Source: Octopus sinensis
Taxonomy: Eukaryota
Direction of reading: 5' to 3'
Length of the DNA stretch: 64,000 nucleotides
Assembly (NCBI RefSeq): GCF_006345805.1
Contig: NC_043000.1
Coordinates: forward strand, 81,778,001-81,842,000
Shown: positions 1-14,935 of the stretch, piece by piece
Layout of the letters: every line of letters begins with the position of its first letter
Numbering within the stretch: the stretch's first letter is position 1
Notes under the pieces: model-generated
Database searches by the model: none
The model's input: the letters and a program-made list of their open reading frames with translations, nothing else
What the model was told of the DNA's origin: nothing
Position numbers and translations under genes: made by a program

Positions 1-52
1 CATATAGGAGCTCCCAGGGGCATCCTGTCTTAAATTCTTCCGTTATTGCCTG
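1..52 (-). mobile_element. LINE reverse transcriptase fragment (RTE-like), truncated by the window edge
   Basis: Minus-strand translation [17 protein letters not shown], which resembles the segment just before the YADD catalytic motif of non-LTR RTs. It abuts a TA tract. Confidence 0.65.
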
Positions 53-1071
<1,019 letters not shown>

Positions 1072-1375
1072 TTGGTGAATTGAAGAAATGGAGCTGAACG
1101 CAGATTGAACAGAAATCGTTTTATTTCATTCTACACGTGTTTCGAAACACGTGTAGAATGAAATAAAACGATTTCTGTTCAATCTGCGTTCAGCTCCATT
1201 TCTTCAATTCACCAATAATGTTTTAATTTCAATTATCCGCACCAACGCACGGTTGCAACGCCAGATGGTTGTACCTCCAACCGTGCTGTTCACTGCTGTG
1301 ATTTTTGCTACTAAGGTATCGGTTAAACTTTTGATTAATCTACTACAAGATTATTCATCTTTCTATTTCACATAA
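1072..1375 (+). mobile_element. Penelope-like terminal-repeat fragment with an inverted 5' copy (perfect 144-bp palindrome at 1072-1215)
   Basis: 72-bp arms meet at TTC|GAA (1143/1144). The right arm starts with the hammerhead 3' half GAAAC-ACGT-GTA (1144-1155), followed by AATAAA (1162-1167). Flanked by (TA)n. Related copy at 30311-30471. Confidence 0.7.
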
Positions 1376-1409
1376 TACATATATATATATATATATATAT
1401 ATGTACATA

Positions 1410-1446
<37 letters not shown>

Positions 1447-1457
1447 GTATATATATA

Positions 1458-1509
<52 letters not shown>

Positions 1510-1530
1510 GTATATATATATAGATATATG

Positions 1531-1579
<49 letters not shown>

Positions 1580-1599
1580 GTATATATATATATTATATG

Positions 1600-1634
<35 letters not shown>

Positions 1635-1721
1635 GTATAATATATATATATGTATATATGTATATATATGTATATATGTATATATATATATATATGTAAT
1701 ATGTATATATATGTATATATG

Positions 1722-1752
<31 letters not shown>

Positions 1753-1864
1753 GTATATATGTATATATATATATGTATATATATATATATGTATATATGT
1801 ATATAATATAATATAGATATATGTATATATATATTATGTATATATGTATATATATATATATTAT

Positions 1865-1927
<63 letters not shown>

Positions 1928-1971
1928 TATGTATTATATATATATATGTATATATATATTATATATATATG

Positions 1972-2025
<54 letters not shown>

Positions 2026-2155
2026 TGTATATAATATATGTATAATATATATATATGTATATATATATATGTATATATATATATATTGTATTATATATAT
2101 ATATATTATAATATATATGTATATATAATATATATATATATATATATTATATTAT

Positions 2156-2233
<78 letters not shown>

Positions 2234-2269
2234 ACATATATATATATATATACATATTATATATTATAC

Positions 2270-2346
<77 letters not shown>

Positions 2347-2404
2347 TATATATATATATATTATATATATTACATATATGTATGTATATATATATACATA
2401 TATG

Positions 2405-2452
<48 letters not shown>

Positions 2453-2528
2453 ATATATGTATATAATATATATTATATATATATATAATATATGTATGTA
2501 TGTTATATATATATATATATATGTATGT

Positions 2529-2559
<31 letters not shown>

Positions 2560-2661
2560 ATATATATATATATAATATACATATATGTATGTATATATAT
2601 ATATATATGTATGTATATATATATATATATTATATATATTATATATATACATATATGTATG

Positions 2662-2693
<32 letters not shown>

Positions 2694-2795
2694 GTATGTA
2701 ATATATATATATATATATATATATATGGTGTGTGTGTGTGTGTGTGGTGTGTGTGTGTGCATTGTGTGTGTATATATGTATATACATATATGTAT
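1376..2795. repeat. (TA)n microsatellite, mainly with TG interruptions, ending in (TG)n
   Basis: Read directly. Confidence 0.97.
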
Positions 2796-2796
2796 A

Positions 2797-3010
2797 TCTT
2801 TTATTTGTTTCAGTCATTAGACTGTGGCCATATAGTAGCACTGCCTTGAAGAATTTTTAGTGGAGTGTATCAATCCCAGTACTTACTCTTTATAAGTCTG
2901 GTCCTTAATCTATCGTTTGCTTTTGCCAAACCGCTAAGTTATGGGGAAGTAAACACACCAGCACTGGTTGTGAAGCAGTGGTGGGGACAAACACAGACAC
3001 TAAGATACAC
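2797..3010 (-). mobile_element. SINE family A, 3' half
   Basis: Matches the copies at 19361 and 54630 (tttcagtcatt.gactg.ggccat...tttgcc.aaccgctaagt...gtaaacacaccagca). Confidence 0.8.
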
Positions 3011-6000
3011 AGACATATATATGCATATATATGTCTATGTATGTGTATCTTTGTGTCTGTGTTATACACACACACATTATATTCATGGATTAAGAAGTTT
3101 ATTTTGCAAGTGTGATGTCTTGAGTTAAATCCTATGGTGAGTATGTATGGGTATACATGTAATACACAAGCACAGTGGCAAGTCTGCTAAATGGAAAAAA
3201 AGTTTAGACTGGATATAATTAACCTAAGTAAAATAAAATCATTTTTCTTCTTCAACAAACAGATATTCAGTCAGGTGTGTGGGTTAAACAAGGAACTGAT
3301 TTGAGAGCAACAACTCTGGGTTCAATGGCTTTCAGAAAAAGTATATAAATTCTAAAATTTATACACTCCTCCTGACTTACTACATTGTTCATGACATATA
3401 CATATTAATACAAATACAACAAACATAAAAGAACAGATACAAAACAGTGACACACACACACACACTGAAAAGTGTCAAGTGCACACACACATATATACAT
3501 ACAACACTACACACAGACATGACAGTAACACACACACACACGCAGCAGCATTAACATCATCATCATCATAAACACAACAACAGCATACTTAAATACATTG
3601 CACACAATAACATCAGTTACAGAGCTTTGTTATTAAGAATGAGAAGACAAAGTTTGTATGCATCAGCATGCAACTACTAATGTGCAGTTTAAGGAAAACT
3701 AGTCTTCCAATAAACTATTTTAAAAGAATAGCTATAGTTATAGTCACTAATATAGTTTTATAGGTTAGGTGTTTATAGTCAACAATATGGCTTTATAGGT
3801 GGGATACAATAAATAGAATAGCTTTAGGTAGGGGGTTTAGAATGAAGTGAGGTTCAAAGAGGGAGGATGCAGTCAATCAAATCCAGGTTAAATGGTATTT
3901 GATTCTTATTTCATTGACTGCTGAAATGACAGAGAGAAAATACATAATAATAGAAAGGTACTAGAAATAAAAGAAACCTTATTGTTTTTAAATAAATGTA
4001 GTCCTGGATACACTGTGTTAGATCAAGAGATAGAATAATCATAGCTGGAACAACTTTGATAACAGTCTGCTGATTCAGTATTGACTTGGGGACAAATAAT
4101 CAGCTATAGGTGTATCCTAGATACACCTACATTTGATTAAAACACAGTAGACTGATAAGAGATGGAATACCTCTGATTACAGATCTGTTCAATGAGGGTT
4201 GATCTAGGGGTTACTTAACAACAAATGCAGAAGGAAGAAAGGCAAAATAAAACCTAGAGAAATTTCAACTTAGAACACAGACCTAAATATTACAAGGTGG
4301 TTTACTTGCCAAGTTCCACTGTCTGCTTTGGCATGGTTTCTACAACTGGATGCCCTACATAATGCCAACAACATTAGAATGTACTGTGTGCTTTTATGTG
4401 GCACCAGCATCCATGAGATCACCAAGTAACTTGCAAGACAAGACCCCCTCAACTGAGTAAATAATAATTGTTAACATAAGGTGGCAAGCTGGCAGGATCA
4501 TTAGTATGCTGGGCAAAATGCTTAGCAGCATTTTGTTTGTCTTTATATTCTGAATTCAAATTCTGCCAAGGTTAAAATTATCTTTTATCCTTTCAGGGTT
4601 GATAAAATGAGTACCAGATGAGCATTCACTCCCTTGAAAATTGCTGGCCTTGTGCCAAAAATTGAAACCAATAGTTGTCAACATAAGTAACCACAATTTT
4701 GACAGTAGATATTGTCGATAAAATTTATCCTAACATGACTGGGACTTTATTTTATTTACCCTAAAATGAGGAAAGTGAACAGAACCCTTGTCAATAATGG
4801 CTTCAGTAAACATCACAACGCAAACTTTTCTGTTTACTTCTCTGTCCCTTCTTAATAATGGATTCCTAACATAACCCAAGGCCATAAGTTAACATAGTAT
4901 TTGACTTTTATTGATTCTGTTGACTTTGGTGGGACTCATATTTGATGGAAGGTATAACCAATTAGATCACATTACTGCTTATTAGTTTATCTATGCTGGA
5001 AAGTGAAAGGTAAAATTAACCCTAGTGGAATTTGAACTTAGATATTGACTTTAACAATACTTTCAATCCACTATGATCCTTCACAAAACAATAATACTAA
5101 ACAATTTCTTGTTTCTGGTCCAACTGGAGTAGCAGAAGGCAAGGAGTGCCAAGGGTATTTACACACTGGTCATAGTCAAGCCGATGTGATCCTAATCTAT
5201 TTAGTCTATTTCTCTTAACCTTGAGACCAGAATTCACATGGCTGTACCAGCACACAACATGCTATATATCTAAAGACATATATCGCCATTTTAACACCCA
5301 CTTTATCAAGCTTACATGGGTCACACAAACCATAGTAGAAGACACCTGCTAAAGGTGCCATACAACAGGACTGAATTGTAAACCAAACTTCTTCACCATA
5401 CACCTATGCTTGCATCTATACATATTATACATACATATACTCATATACACATATTATTGGTCAAAGTTAAGGGTGGTGCTCCTTTTCTGATGAGGAGAAA
5501 CTCATGTCCAATAGAGATCTTCCAGTTTCCTATTTACTTAAGAGAACAATAGGATGTTTTCACATCATCAGCAATCTCCACAGTTAAGGCTTTCAAATGC
5601 ATAACTGTAAATTTACTAATATTGTACATGTTTCAGGTATTCTGATTTACACTTTATTCTCTAATTCCCTCTCCCTTCTCTCCACATACACTCACATACA
5701 TAGAGAGAGAGAGACAGACAGACAGATACATATACACACAACACCTGAGAACAAGTACCATTGACCAAGGCCACCAGTTATCAATTACTTGTTATAAACC
5801 ATTGAAATGTTTGTCATTAATAGCTGCTGTCCATCTCAATACCAGCATGACCAAACAGGTGTTAAACTGTTGATGACTGAGTGAACAGAAGTTTGCAAAT
5901 GGTTAAAAGATGAGTTGCACAGTAAAAGACCTATCCTGCAGTGTCAGGCAAATATACACTCCACATAGGTCTACACTACCAACCATTTACTACATTCCAG

Positions 6001-6250
6001 AAGTCCAGATTGTCAATCACACTCTACATACAACATGCCAACTACATTTTAAGTAACACAACAAGCAATGACAAAATGATATAAAAGATCTTAGATTTGG
6101 TAAAAATACAGTATTTAGAGCCTATAATCAATAGAACAGGCTCTAATTATACTGTAACTATCCAATCAGCTACCTCAGAGTCCAAGGATTAGCTTAACTC
6201 ACTGTCCAATCAGCTACCTACATCTACATGGATTTCTTTTTTAAATGCAT

Positions 6251-6648
6251 TCTTGTTTTACTTGTTTCAGTCGTCAGCTTGCACCCATGCTGCATCACCT
6301 TGAAGGGTTTAGTCAAACAAACTGACTTCAGCACTAATTATTAGGAAGTCTGGTACTTATTGTATCAGTCACTTTTGCCAAGCCTCTAAGTTTTGAAGAT
6401 ATAAACAAACCAGAATGGGTTATCAAGCAGAGGTGGGGCACAACAAACACACACACACATGCATGCATGTCTATATATACACACACATGCTGGGTTTCTT
6501 TCAGTTTCCATTCACCACATCTACTCACATGGTTTTGGTCAGTATGGGGCCACAGTAGAAGATACCTGCGAAAGGTGGCATGCAGTGGGACTGAACCCAA
6601 AACCATATGGTTGGGAAGCAAGTTTTTAACCACACATCCATGCCTGTA
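6251..6648 (-). mobile_element. SINE family A, near full length (tRNA-like head, CORE-like segment, internal CA/TA tract)
   Basis: Minus strand begins ggcatggatgtgtggttaaaaacttgcttcccaaccatatggttttgggttcagtcccactgc. Colinear with copies at 20372, 22989, 52425 and 52795. Confidence 0.8.
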
Positions 6649-7117
6649 GGGTCACTAGAAAATGTCTCTGAAGTTAGTTTAACAAATATATATATATATG
6701 TGCCACACATCCTTATGACTACTTCATTGTCATCTAATGTAACAGTAACCCATGAGAATAATAACATCATTGTTATTATTGTTCAATAGAAAACTATACA
6801 CAGTAGACAACTTTTCCGGTGAAGCTGTCTTTATATAACACACCCAATCTATTCTGACACACAAGTTTTGGTAGCAAAAGAAGCCAGCCAGCCATTTATA
6901 AAAGGGAGAAAAACTCACAAAATGCTAATGTAAATATGTAGCAATGAAGACTTATACAACCTAAAGCAAAACGAATAAATAGATAGGGAAATTGACTGTT
7001 TGAGCTAAATTTATCTTTAAATTAGATGGGTGTTTTTTCAAAGATTACAAAATGTAGTATTGGTGATGGTTGCAGTGTTAGTGATGGTTGTAGTGTTACT
7101 TGGTGCTTGATATAGAT

Positions 7118-7355
7118 CAGTGGTTCACAACCAGGATCCATATATGATTTTGTAGTTGAAATTCATGCACAATAAATTTGGTTATACTCCTACAATACAC
7201 AAAATATTTTAACAATTTGTTTTATACAATTCCTAATAATACTTAATTATAGAAATATAATGTAGTTTTTTTAAACATAGAATGTTTATGGGGGTCCAGT
7301 ACAGTAAAATAGGAATCAAAGGGGTCCATAGGCAAAAAATGGTTGAGAACCACCA
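7118..7355. mobile_element. hAT-like MITE
   Basis: Imperfect TIRs CAGTGGTTCACAACC / GGTTGAGAACCACCA. 8-bp flanks ATATAGAT / ACACAGAT fit a decayed target-site duplication. Confidence 0.75.
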
Positions 7356-9974
7356 ACACAGATGGAGAGAGGCTCTCAAGAAGCAATTTAAGTAAATAGA
7401 AATAAAGAAAATTTCTGGAATAACTTTCCAAAATCAATGAAAATGTCACAACAAGAATCAAACAGACATACTTTATGTTATGAAACTATGTTAGAAAGTA
7501 TGCATGCACACACAAGCACTCTATACAGAAAAAAACACACACTAACACACCGACACAAACCCACAAAAATACTCACTCATACAGAGAAGCATTAGGAAAA
7601 CAAAGTTGGCAACAAGCATTCATTAATCCAACTGATCTAACAGTTTCGGTAGCTAATAGATCAATGGCTGTTGATCAATAGAAACTAAAACCATGTAGTG
7701 GAACTACCAGAATTGAGAACAACAATAACAGTGCTTAGATTTTAGGACAGCTTTGTTGTTTATGGAAATTAAACAAGGTTGGGGTGAGGTAGTGAAAAGC
7801 AACAACATTTCTGTAAATGAGAAAATAGAGATGAGAGCATGTGTGAGTGAAAAGGGATGGGGGTGAACATGTATGTTCTTTTGTTTTTTTCCACTTTGGA
7901 AATTAAATGCTTACAAAAATTATGCTGTTCACACACACACACATCATAGAGTCTCCAGCAGTAGTTGTTTTGTTAAAGAGTTTCACCAAGTGGTTAAAAT
8001 ACAGACATGGAATCATTTAACTAGCCATTTTAGAGGTACTTATATCGGTGTAAGGAAATAATATCTAAGTGAGTTGTTTCCCTTCTGTCAGCTAGGTGAC
8101 AAATTTCAAAGAAATTGATAAATTGACTAACTTTGAAATTATCACCCTGTTGAACCAAGGAACGATCGACTCATTTAGAAGTAAATAATCCCCCGCACTA
8201 TGTTGTGCATCAACAAGATATGAATATTTCTAAAAGTGTAACCATTTGGTGAAACTCTGAGTAACAATGGTACTAGTTCTGCAAACTATCATGTACTCCA
8301 CTCTGTTTTCTATTGCATGGATATAACAAATGTTTTATCATATTCTTTTACTAGCTTCAGCCATTGGATTGTAAGCCTTGTAGGGGAAACTTCTTCAACA
8401 AAGATTAACTGGAATCAAGAGGTTTCAAGGTCAATTTAGTAAAGACAAAAGTCATAGATGAAAATTAAACAATACTAGCAGGTGGGATGTGACCATGATC
8501 AATATGCAGAAAAGAACAGGAACTTTATACTGCACAGCCCCATAGAAACAATAAGTCCACAAAAATTGCAGTTAGATTTCAGACAGACTGATAGAGAAGA
8601 ATAGTGGAGTAATAAATACTATAGATAGTGGAGTAAGATGACCCCAGAAATAAAGACTTTAATTATCCAGAAGACTTGTGAAAAGTAACTGATAGCTTTA
8701 GCTACCTAGTAACCTCATCAGCAGTGGGTATTGTGAATGGTTATTAGCCAAAATAAGAACAGGGCTTCTCAGTATGCTTGAACCATAGAACATAAAAGTA
8801 CTAAGAGAAAAATTAGATATTAATATAATATGTGAAGAATTCAAGGCGAGAAATTGTCAAAAAAATTCAAGAAGAAAGAGCCTGTAGAGGAGGAAGACTG
8901 AAAATATGTGGATAGAATTGGGTTGTTGAACCTCAGGATGGAGATAAGAAAATGCAAGTGAAGAGACATGATTATAGAAATTAGCCATTTCAATCCATGG
9001 CAGGACAGAAATGCAGATAAAAATGATGTCAATGACTATATTGAAACATGAATGGCACTGCCGTAGATTGTTATAGCTAGGTAAACTGAGGAATTGACAG
9101 TTATACTACAGTGTGGAATAGTTCAACAAAGAGGACTATGCCACACTGTGGTTACCTATTTATATCTAGGTACACAGGATTTTGGCTAGTGGTCTTTAAC
9201 ATGATATCAAATGCCAATCTTCTCCAAGTCATGCAGTGACTTATTACATAACATACGACTAGACTCCAGTAAAATTTATTTCAACAGAATTGATAGTACT
9301 TTGCATGTTTGCATAGGAAACCAAAATAGATTTTTATGACATAATGAGCAATTTAACTGATTTTTTAAACATAATCATTTACTAAAAATTGAAGTTGAAT
9401 GTATTGCTCATGGTGACACCACAACATAGGTACACAAGGTATAAAAATTCACAGATGAAACACCAAAAAAAAGTTTTCTATGTCTTTGTTTGATATATAC
9501 AACAATTGGAAATACAGACTCCAGTTTCACAATATTAAATGAATACACCTATCTTCTAGGCTAGAAGGTCAGTAAAACAATATGAAATTTCAAAAATTCT
9601 TTGATAATTCTGTTTCTTATGAGGAATATAGAATAGAGTGCCCAGCTTTCAGTGGATTTGTAAAAAGGTAGAAGTGTCACATCACAAACATATAACAGGT
9701 GAATTTTAATACACAACTCAACCCAGTACCATACATCCACTTAACTATTTGTACATGCAGAGCCAGTCATACCAACTAGAAATTGTAGTCAAATCTGCCA
9801 TGAATCACAACTAAACATCTGAAAGAAAAAGAAAAGAGTAGATAATGTACTTCTAGATGTGCTAAGTTTGCAATGAATGAAATGTCATGGCCAGAATATC
9901 TTTGATTACAGACCTGCTCAATCAGGGCTCACTTGAAGCTAACCACTATGATAACTACCAATACTAACTAATTA

Positions 9975-10190
9975 CAGTGCCTCTTGATTAAAGTGTCAGT
10001 CCCAACAGACATGTATTTCTAAAAGAAATAGAGAAATTATGCAAAAACAAAGATCTACTGAAAACAGAACCAATTTCTATAAGTGTTTTGGGAATGGCTC
10101 AACAGCATGCAAATAAATACTTAATCAAAAACCCCAGGAATTATATATACAAAACATAGACAATAACACCACTAGGCACTGTACACACAT
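9975..10190 (+). mobile_element. Decayed C-terminal restriction-like endonuclease of an R4/NeSL-type non-LTR retrotransposon
   Basis: Frameshifted translation CLLIKVSVPTD..LKEIEKLCKNKDL..LKTEPISISVLGM..ITPLGTVH resembles the RLE pattern IDVSIPxDxN..KExEKxxKYxDL..PIIIGALG..LLGTAH. Confidence 0.65.
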
Positions 10191-11388
10191 GATGTAGTTT
10201 GAATAAGAAAGAAATAGAAAAGTTAAAACACAAGGCACACATCACCATATTTTGTAATACAATGGAAACATGCAATAAAAATAAAATGACTGAGTATTAG
10301 AAATTCTGGCCTAATAACTTTGCAATTTGCAGAAATAAATTACATCTTTTAAGGAAGAAATCAAATAAATGAAACAGAAAAAAACAATAAAAAATACAGA
10401 ATCAAACTAAAAATTAAATGTATCTTGATTAAGTAGATAGGTTTGAAATTAGATTCTAAGAGACCAATAAATACAGATCTAGTAAGATTTTTAAGATGAA
10501 AGTATGTCAAAGTGTAGATGGAAAATGTTCACCGGGGAAAGAGAAATTCATTGGAATTGTCTAAAAAAGATGAAAAGAAATTGTCCAACGTAAATTGTAA
10601 TTAGGCAATAAATAATTAAGATTCCAATAATTGGAATAAGATAGAATATGTTGGATTAATCATCTCTCCCTATCTAAGTCATAGTGTTGGAGTGAACGGC
10701 AGAGATAAAACACTGAAAGACATCACTAACATTTTACATGGCAGTTTCACCATTTATGGGATACTTATATGGTGATTATAATCACGAACATGTGATGGTG
10801 ATGTATATCTGGTGTTGGCACACATGTGACTGTACATGTAGTAATGGCACGTGTGCATGTGATACAATGGTTGTGACATGATGTGTGTATGATGATGAAA
10901 GATGTGTGACATGCATGTGCAATAGAAGAATGTGCTAAGTTGCAGCATGTGCACCTGTATCAAATTCCTTGTATTGTCATGTTTATATATTGGAAGTTAG
11001 ATCATAAACTTGTACCTTCTAGTATATATATTGGAAGACAGGCTCTAAAGACCAGGGAATGACACTTTGCATTAACCACACAAACAGATGGTAGTTGTTT
11101 AGCTCAAAATCAGTCTTGATCCAGTAAATCAAAGGTGTTCCAACCATGACTATTCCATCTTTTTCAGGCCCAATGTATCTAGCACTACATTATTCAACAT
11201 GTTCTAAATTCTTTTTTGTTGTTGTTCCTATTCTTGTTTTTTTAGGACAGTAAGGTAAGTAAAATAAAATATTTGACTGCTATTTGGTCATGATCTGTTG
11301 GTGGTAGTGAGTAATGATGGTGACAGTGGAGGAGATGGTAGTAACTCATATAGAAATGTAGAGATGGTGGTGTTGGTCATTATGCTGA

Positions 11389-11423
11389 TGGTGGTGGTGG
11401 TGGTGGTGGTGGTGGTGGTGGTA
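11389..11423. repeat. (GGT)n microsatellite
   Basis: Read directly. Confidence 0.95.
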
Positions 11424-12974
11424 GTAATAGTTTCACTATTGTTTTTAGTATAATGGTGGTAGTGGCATTGCTCATAACCTTATTATTATGATGAATCATA
11501 AACATTGTTATTAACATGGTAAACTTTATGAAGTTTAGCCCCAAGTGACCAGTCACCAAATGTGATCCATACATGACCATCCCATTAACGTAGATCTAAG
11601 ATTACATTAACCCATATATTGTAAAAATAAAAATGGATTTTAAAAAATGGTATGATTTGAAGATTTATCAGCTAATTTTAGCAGTTCATGTAACCACATA
11701 CAAGCCTCCTTGATGGATTGACAGTAATGAGGTAAATCCATTCACAAATTAATGAAACCTACACTTGAGTGGTTTATCTTGAAATTATGAGCAGGTTCGT
11801 GTTCTGAGAAGCTAGGGAAATATGTTAGCAAGGATGTGACATGGAGTGGGGGGGGGGGAAGAAAATAGAACAGCCATTGGCATAAGTCAGGGAAGAAGAC
11901 TGAGATCTTATGTTACCTTAGCATGACAGATAAGCCAGGTCATACCTGTAATAATCCTAATTCTTAGATATGAGTGGATGCACTCAACCATGATCAAGAC
12001 AGTCAGGATGGTGAATGGAGTTACTATGATGTCTGGAACAAGTAATTACAAGATGGTCAGATAACTCTTAGCTTATAGAAAATACCTCCAAAAAAAGGAA
12101 ATATTTAAATGAATAAATATTGGACAGTAGAGGAACTACCGAGATGTGGAGGTGAGAGCGATAAAAGGAATTAACTACATAGAGGAAATAGCTTTCTTCA
12201 GAGACTTGATATAGTGATGATGATGATACTGACATGTTTACTACCACTACAACTACTAATTACCTTTACTAGCATGCATTGCTAATCAGGATAATCCACA
12301 AATCAATAGTAAAATGAGGTCAAAATCACTGACAAATTTCACAATCTGAGATTATCCCTAACAGTTTTAAGTCCATATCTCACAGCTGGTACCACATTTA
12401 TTCACACCATCAACAAATTATACACACAATACACAAAAACAGTCACATATTCACACAGAGTCTTATACAGAGAGAGAGAGAGAGAGAAAGAAAGAAAGAC
12501 ACACACAGTCATGCAATGATTTTATGAAGCAAAATATTCCAAATATTTAAGATTTTCCAAAATCAAACATTTTTTAGAGAGGAGAAAAAAAAGATAAATA
12601 AAATAATATGAATAAGCTTATTTACTACTTGGGAGGTTAATTGGTATAGTAGAAAAATAAACGAGGAAATATCTGCATAAGATGGAGAGAGTGGGTAATC
12701 ATTTTATTGATGCCAGTGGCAGTAAAGGAACAGGTTGTTTAACCCAGAATCAGCTTTGAAACACCAGGTCAATGATCATAGATTTTCTGGCCATGACCAC
12801 CCCATCTTAAAGGCTCAAAGATTTACAAAAGACATACAGAAAACATTTTACAGCTGATGATGTTGGTAGAGAGTAGGTCGTTTAACACAAAGTTAGTTCT
12901 GATCCAGCATACCTATGATCACAGGTGTTCCAGCTATGAGCTTCCCCCTCTTTTATTTCAGACAGGCACATTAA

Positions 12975-13851
12975 ACACTAGAAATATACAGAAAATAAAT
13001 TCCATCAAATACCAGAGGGGATACCTAGAAATAGTTGATAGCTTTTGTTACCTAGGTAACCAGGTCAGCAGTGGAGGGGGATGCTCCGAGAGCATAGCTG
13101 CTACAATAAGAATAGGCTGGGCAAAATTCAGAGAGCTTCTGCTTTTGTTGGCTACAAAGGACCTCTCCCTCAGAGAGGAAGGCAGATTGTATGATGCCCG
13201 TGTGTGAACAACCATGTTACATGGCAATGAAACATGGGCTGTGACAGCAGAGGACATGTAAAGGATTGAAGGAAATGAATCTAGTATGCTCTGCTGGATG
13301 TGCAATGTCAGTGTGCATGTAGGGCAGAATGTAAGCATCTTGAGGGAAAAATTGGGCACAAGAGGCATGAGATGTAGTATGCAAGAGAGAGGATTGCACT
13401 GGTATGGCCATGTGCTGTGTATGGATGAGGACAACTGCATAAAGAAGTGTCGACCTCTAACTGTGGAAGGAATCTGTGGAAGAGGTAGACCCAAGAAGAC
13501 ATGGGATGAGATAGTGAAGCATAATCTCTGAATGTGAGGCCCCACGGAGGTGAGGACAAGTGATTGTGACCTTTGGCAATTTGCTATGGTTGATAACACT
13601 CATTAAACCAAATGAAATCATTGGTGATACATTACAGTTTCCATGCTGGTAACACATAAAAGCACACATGCCAGTGACATGTAAAAGGTACCAACTACAC
13701 TCTTAGAGTCATTGGCATTAGGAAGGGCATCTAACCGTAGAAACCAAGCTCATTTCAGACTGGAACCTCAATGTAGTTCTCTAATTTACCAGTTCCAGTC
13801 AAGCCGTCTAACCCATGCCAGCATGGAAAACAGATGTTAAATAATGATGAT
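12975..13851 (+). mobile_element. 5'-truncated, decayed RTE-clade LINE (RT C-terminus plus 3' UTR)
   Basis: LEIVDSFCYLGNQVSSGGGCSESIAATIRIGWAKFRELL..LHGNETW..LHWYGHV..GRGRPKKTW with stop codons. Ends in a (GAT)n tail. Same family as 49410-50553. Confidence 0.92.
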
Positions 13852-14544
13852 ATCTAGAATACATTATCTTTTTACTTTTTCAAGACAGTAGGTGTAATTC
13901 GAGAGAGGTATGACTTCAGTCCCAATCCTGACGTAGTTGACCTATGGCCAGAACCTACCCCCAACAGACAGAAAAATTGCATTATCTTATGTGTCCTTTC
14001 TCTTTTAAAACAGCAGGGTATAATTTGAGGGAGAAATTGTTGCTATTTCCTGTACATCGGGTTTGTAAAGCAACACATTTTTTTTTTAGTTAATGTCAGT
14101 TGAAGTTTTCACTGATTCTGTGCCTATCTCTCTGTCTCTGTCTGTCTCTTTATCTATGCCCCCACACCCTCTCCAGCCCTCTTTGTCAACCAGTCCCACC
14201 TCCACTTCTCTCTCTGCTCTGATAAAGATATTTTAAAACTGACTCAACAAGCATTCAGTACTACAATTCTCATGTTGACTCACTTGAGCTTTTAGCAATT
14301 TTTATATCTTTTATCTTTGCTTTGTTTTTCTTATGTAACTTTTTGTTTTATACCTTTTAATTACAGTTAGCTAACTGATTGACGAAGGAGATGACGACAG
14401 AATTCTGAAGCAATTGAACATCACTGATGGTGTTGTGGTTTTGTGGTCAGCAGGAAGTTCAACTCTCGTTTCAGATAATGAGTGTGTGTGTGTGTGAAGG
14501 TCAAAATATGTACTAATACTTTGCAATATCAGCCATGATAATTC

Positions 14545-14935
14545 TTTCTGTTATAGAAACATGGCCTGAAACTTGGTGCAGGAGGCTAGTCAATTACATC
14601 GACCTCAGTGCTCAGTTGGTACTTATTACACTGACCCTGAAAGAATGAAAGGCAAAGTCAACCTCAGAAGAATTTGAACCTAGAACATAAAAATGAACAA
14701 AATGCTACTAAGCATATTGTCTGGTATGTTAACAATTATGCCAACCACTTCATCCTTGATAATAATAATTTCAAATTTTGGCACAAGGCCAGTAATTTTG
14801 ATTACATTAGCTCCAGCACTAAACTGGTACTTGTTTAATCAATTTTGAAAGGATGAAAAGCAAAGTCAGCCTTTGTGGCATTTGAACTGGAAGAAATGCT
14901 GTTAAGTATTCTGTCTGGTGCAGAAACAATTCTAC
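14545..14935 (-). mobile_element. Two adjacent SINE family B copies (Nin/Deu-domain-like), CpG-decayed
   Basis: Reverse complement of ttcaaattc.gcc.aggtc.actttgcctttcatcctttc...aagtacc, separated by an (AAT)n tail. Confidence 0.75.

Noticed and set aside
1-51. Exon 2 of the chromodomain gene (CAG acceptor-like site on the minus strand)
   Set aside because: The translation [16 protein letters not shown] resembles LINE RT, not a chromodomain.
8330-9750. Possible ancient LINE (also 11760-12210 and 19100-19320)
   Set aside because: Only scattered motif-like remnants are visible, too degraded to call by eye.
14330-14480. Plus-strand acceptor-like site, and a hammerhead-like remnant (ttgacgaagga...ctgaagcaattg)
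   Set aside because: All three frames after the acceptor hit stops, and the ribozyme-like parse needs several mismatches. Neither reading is supportable.
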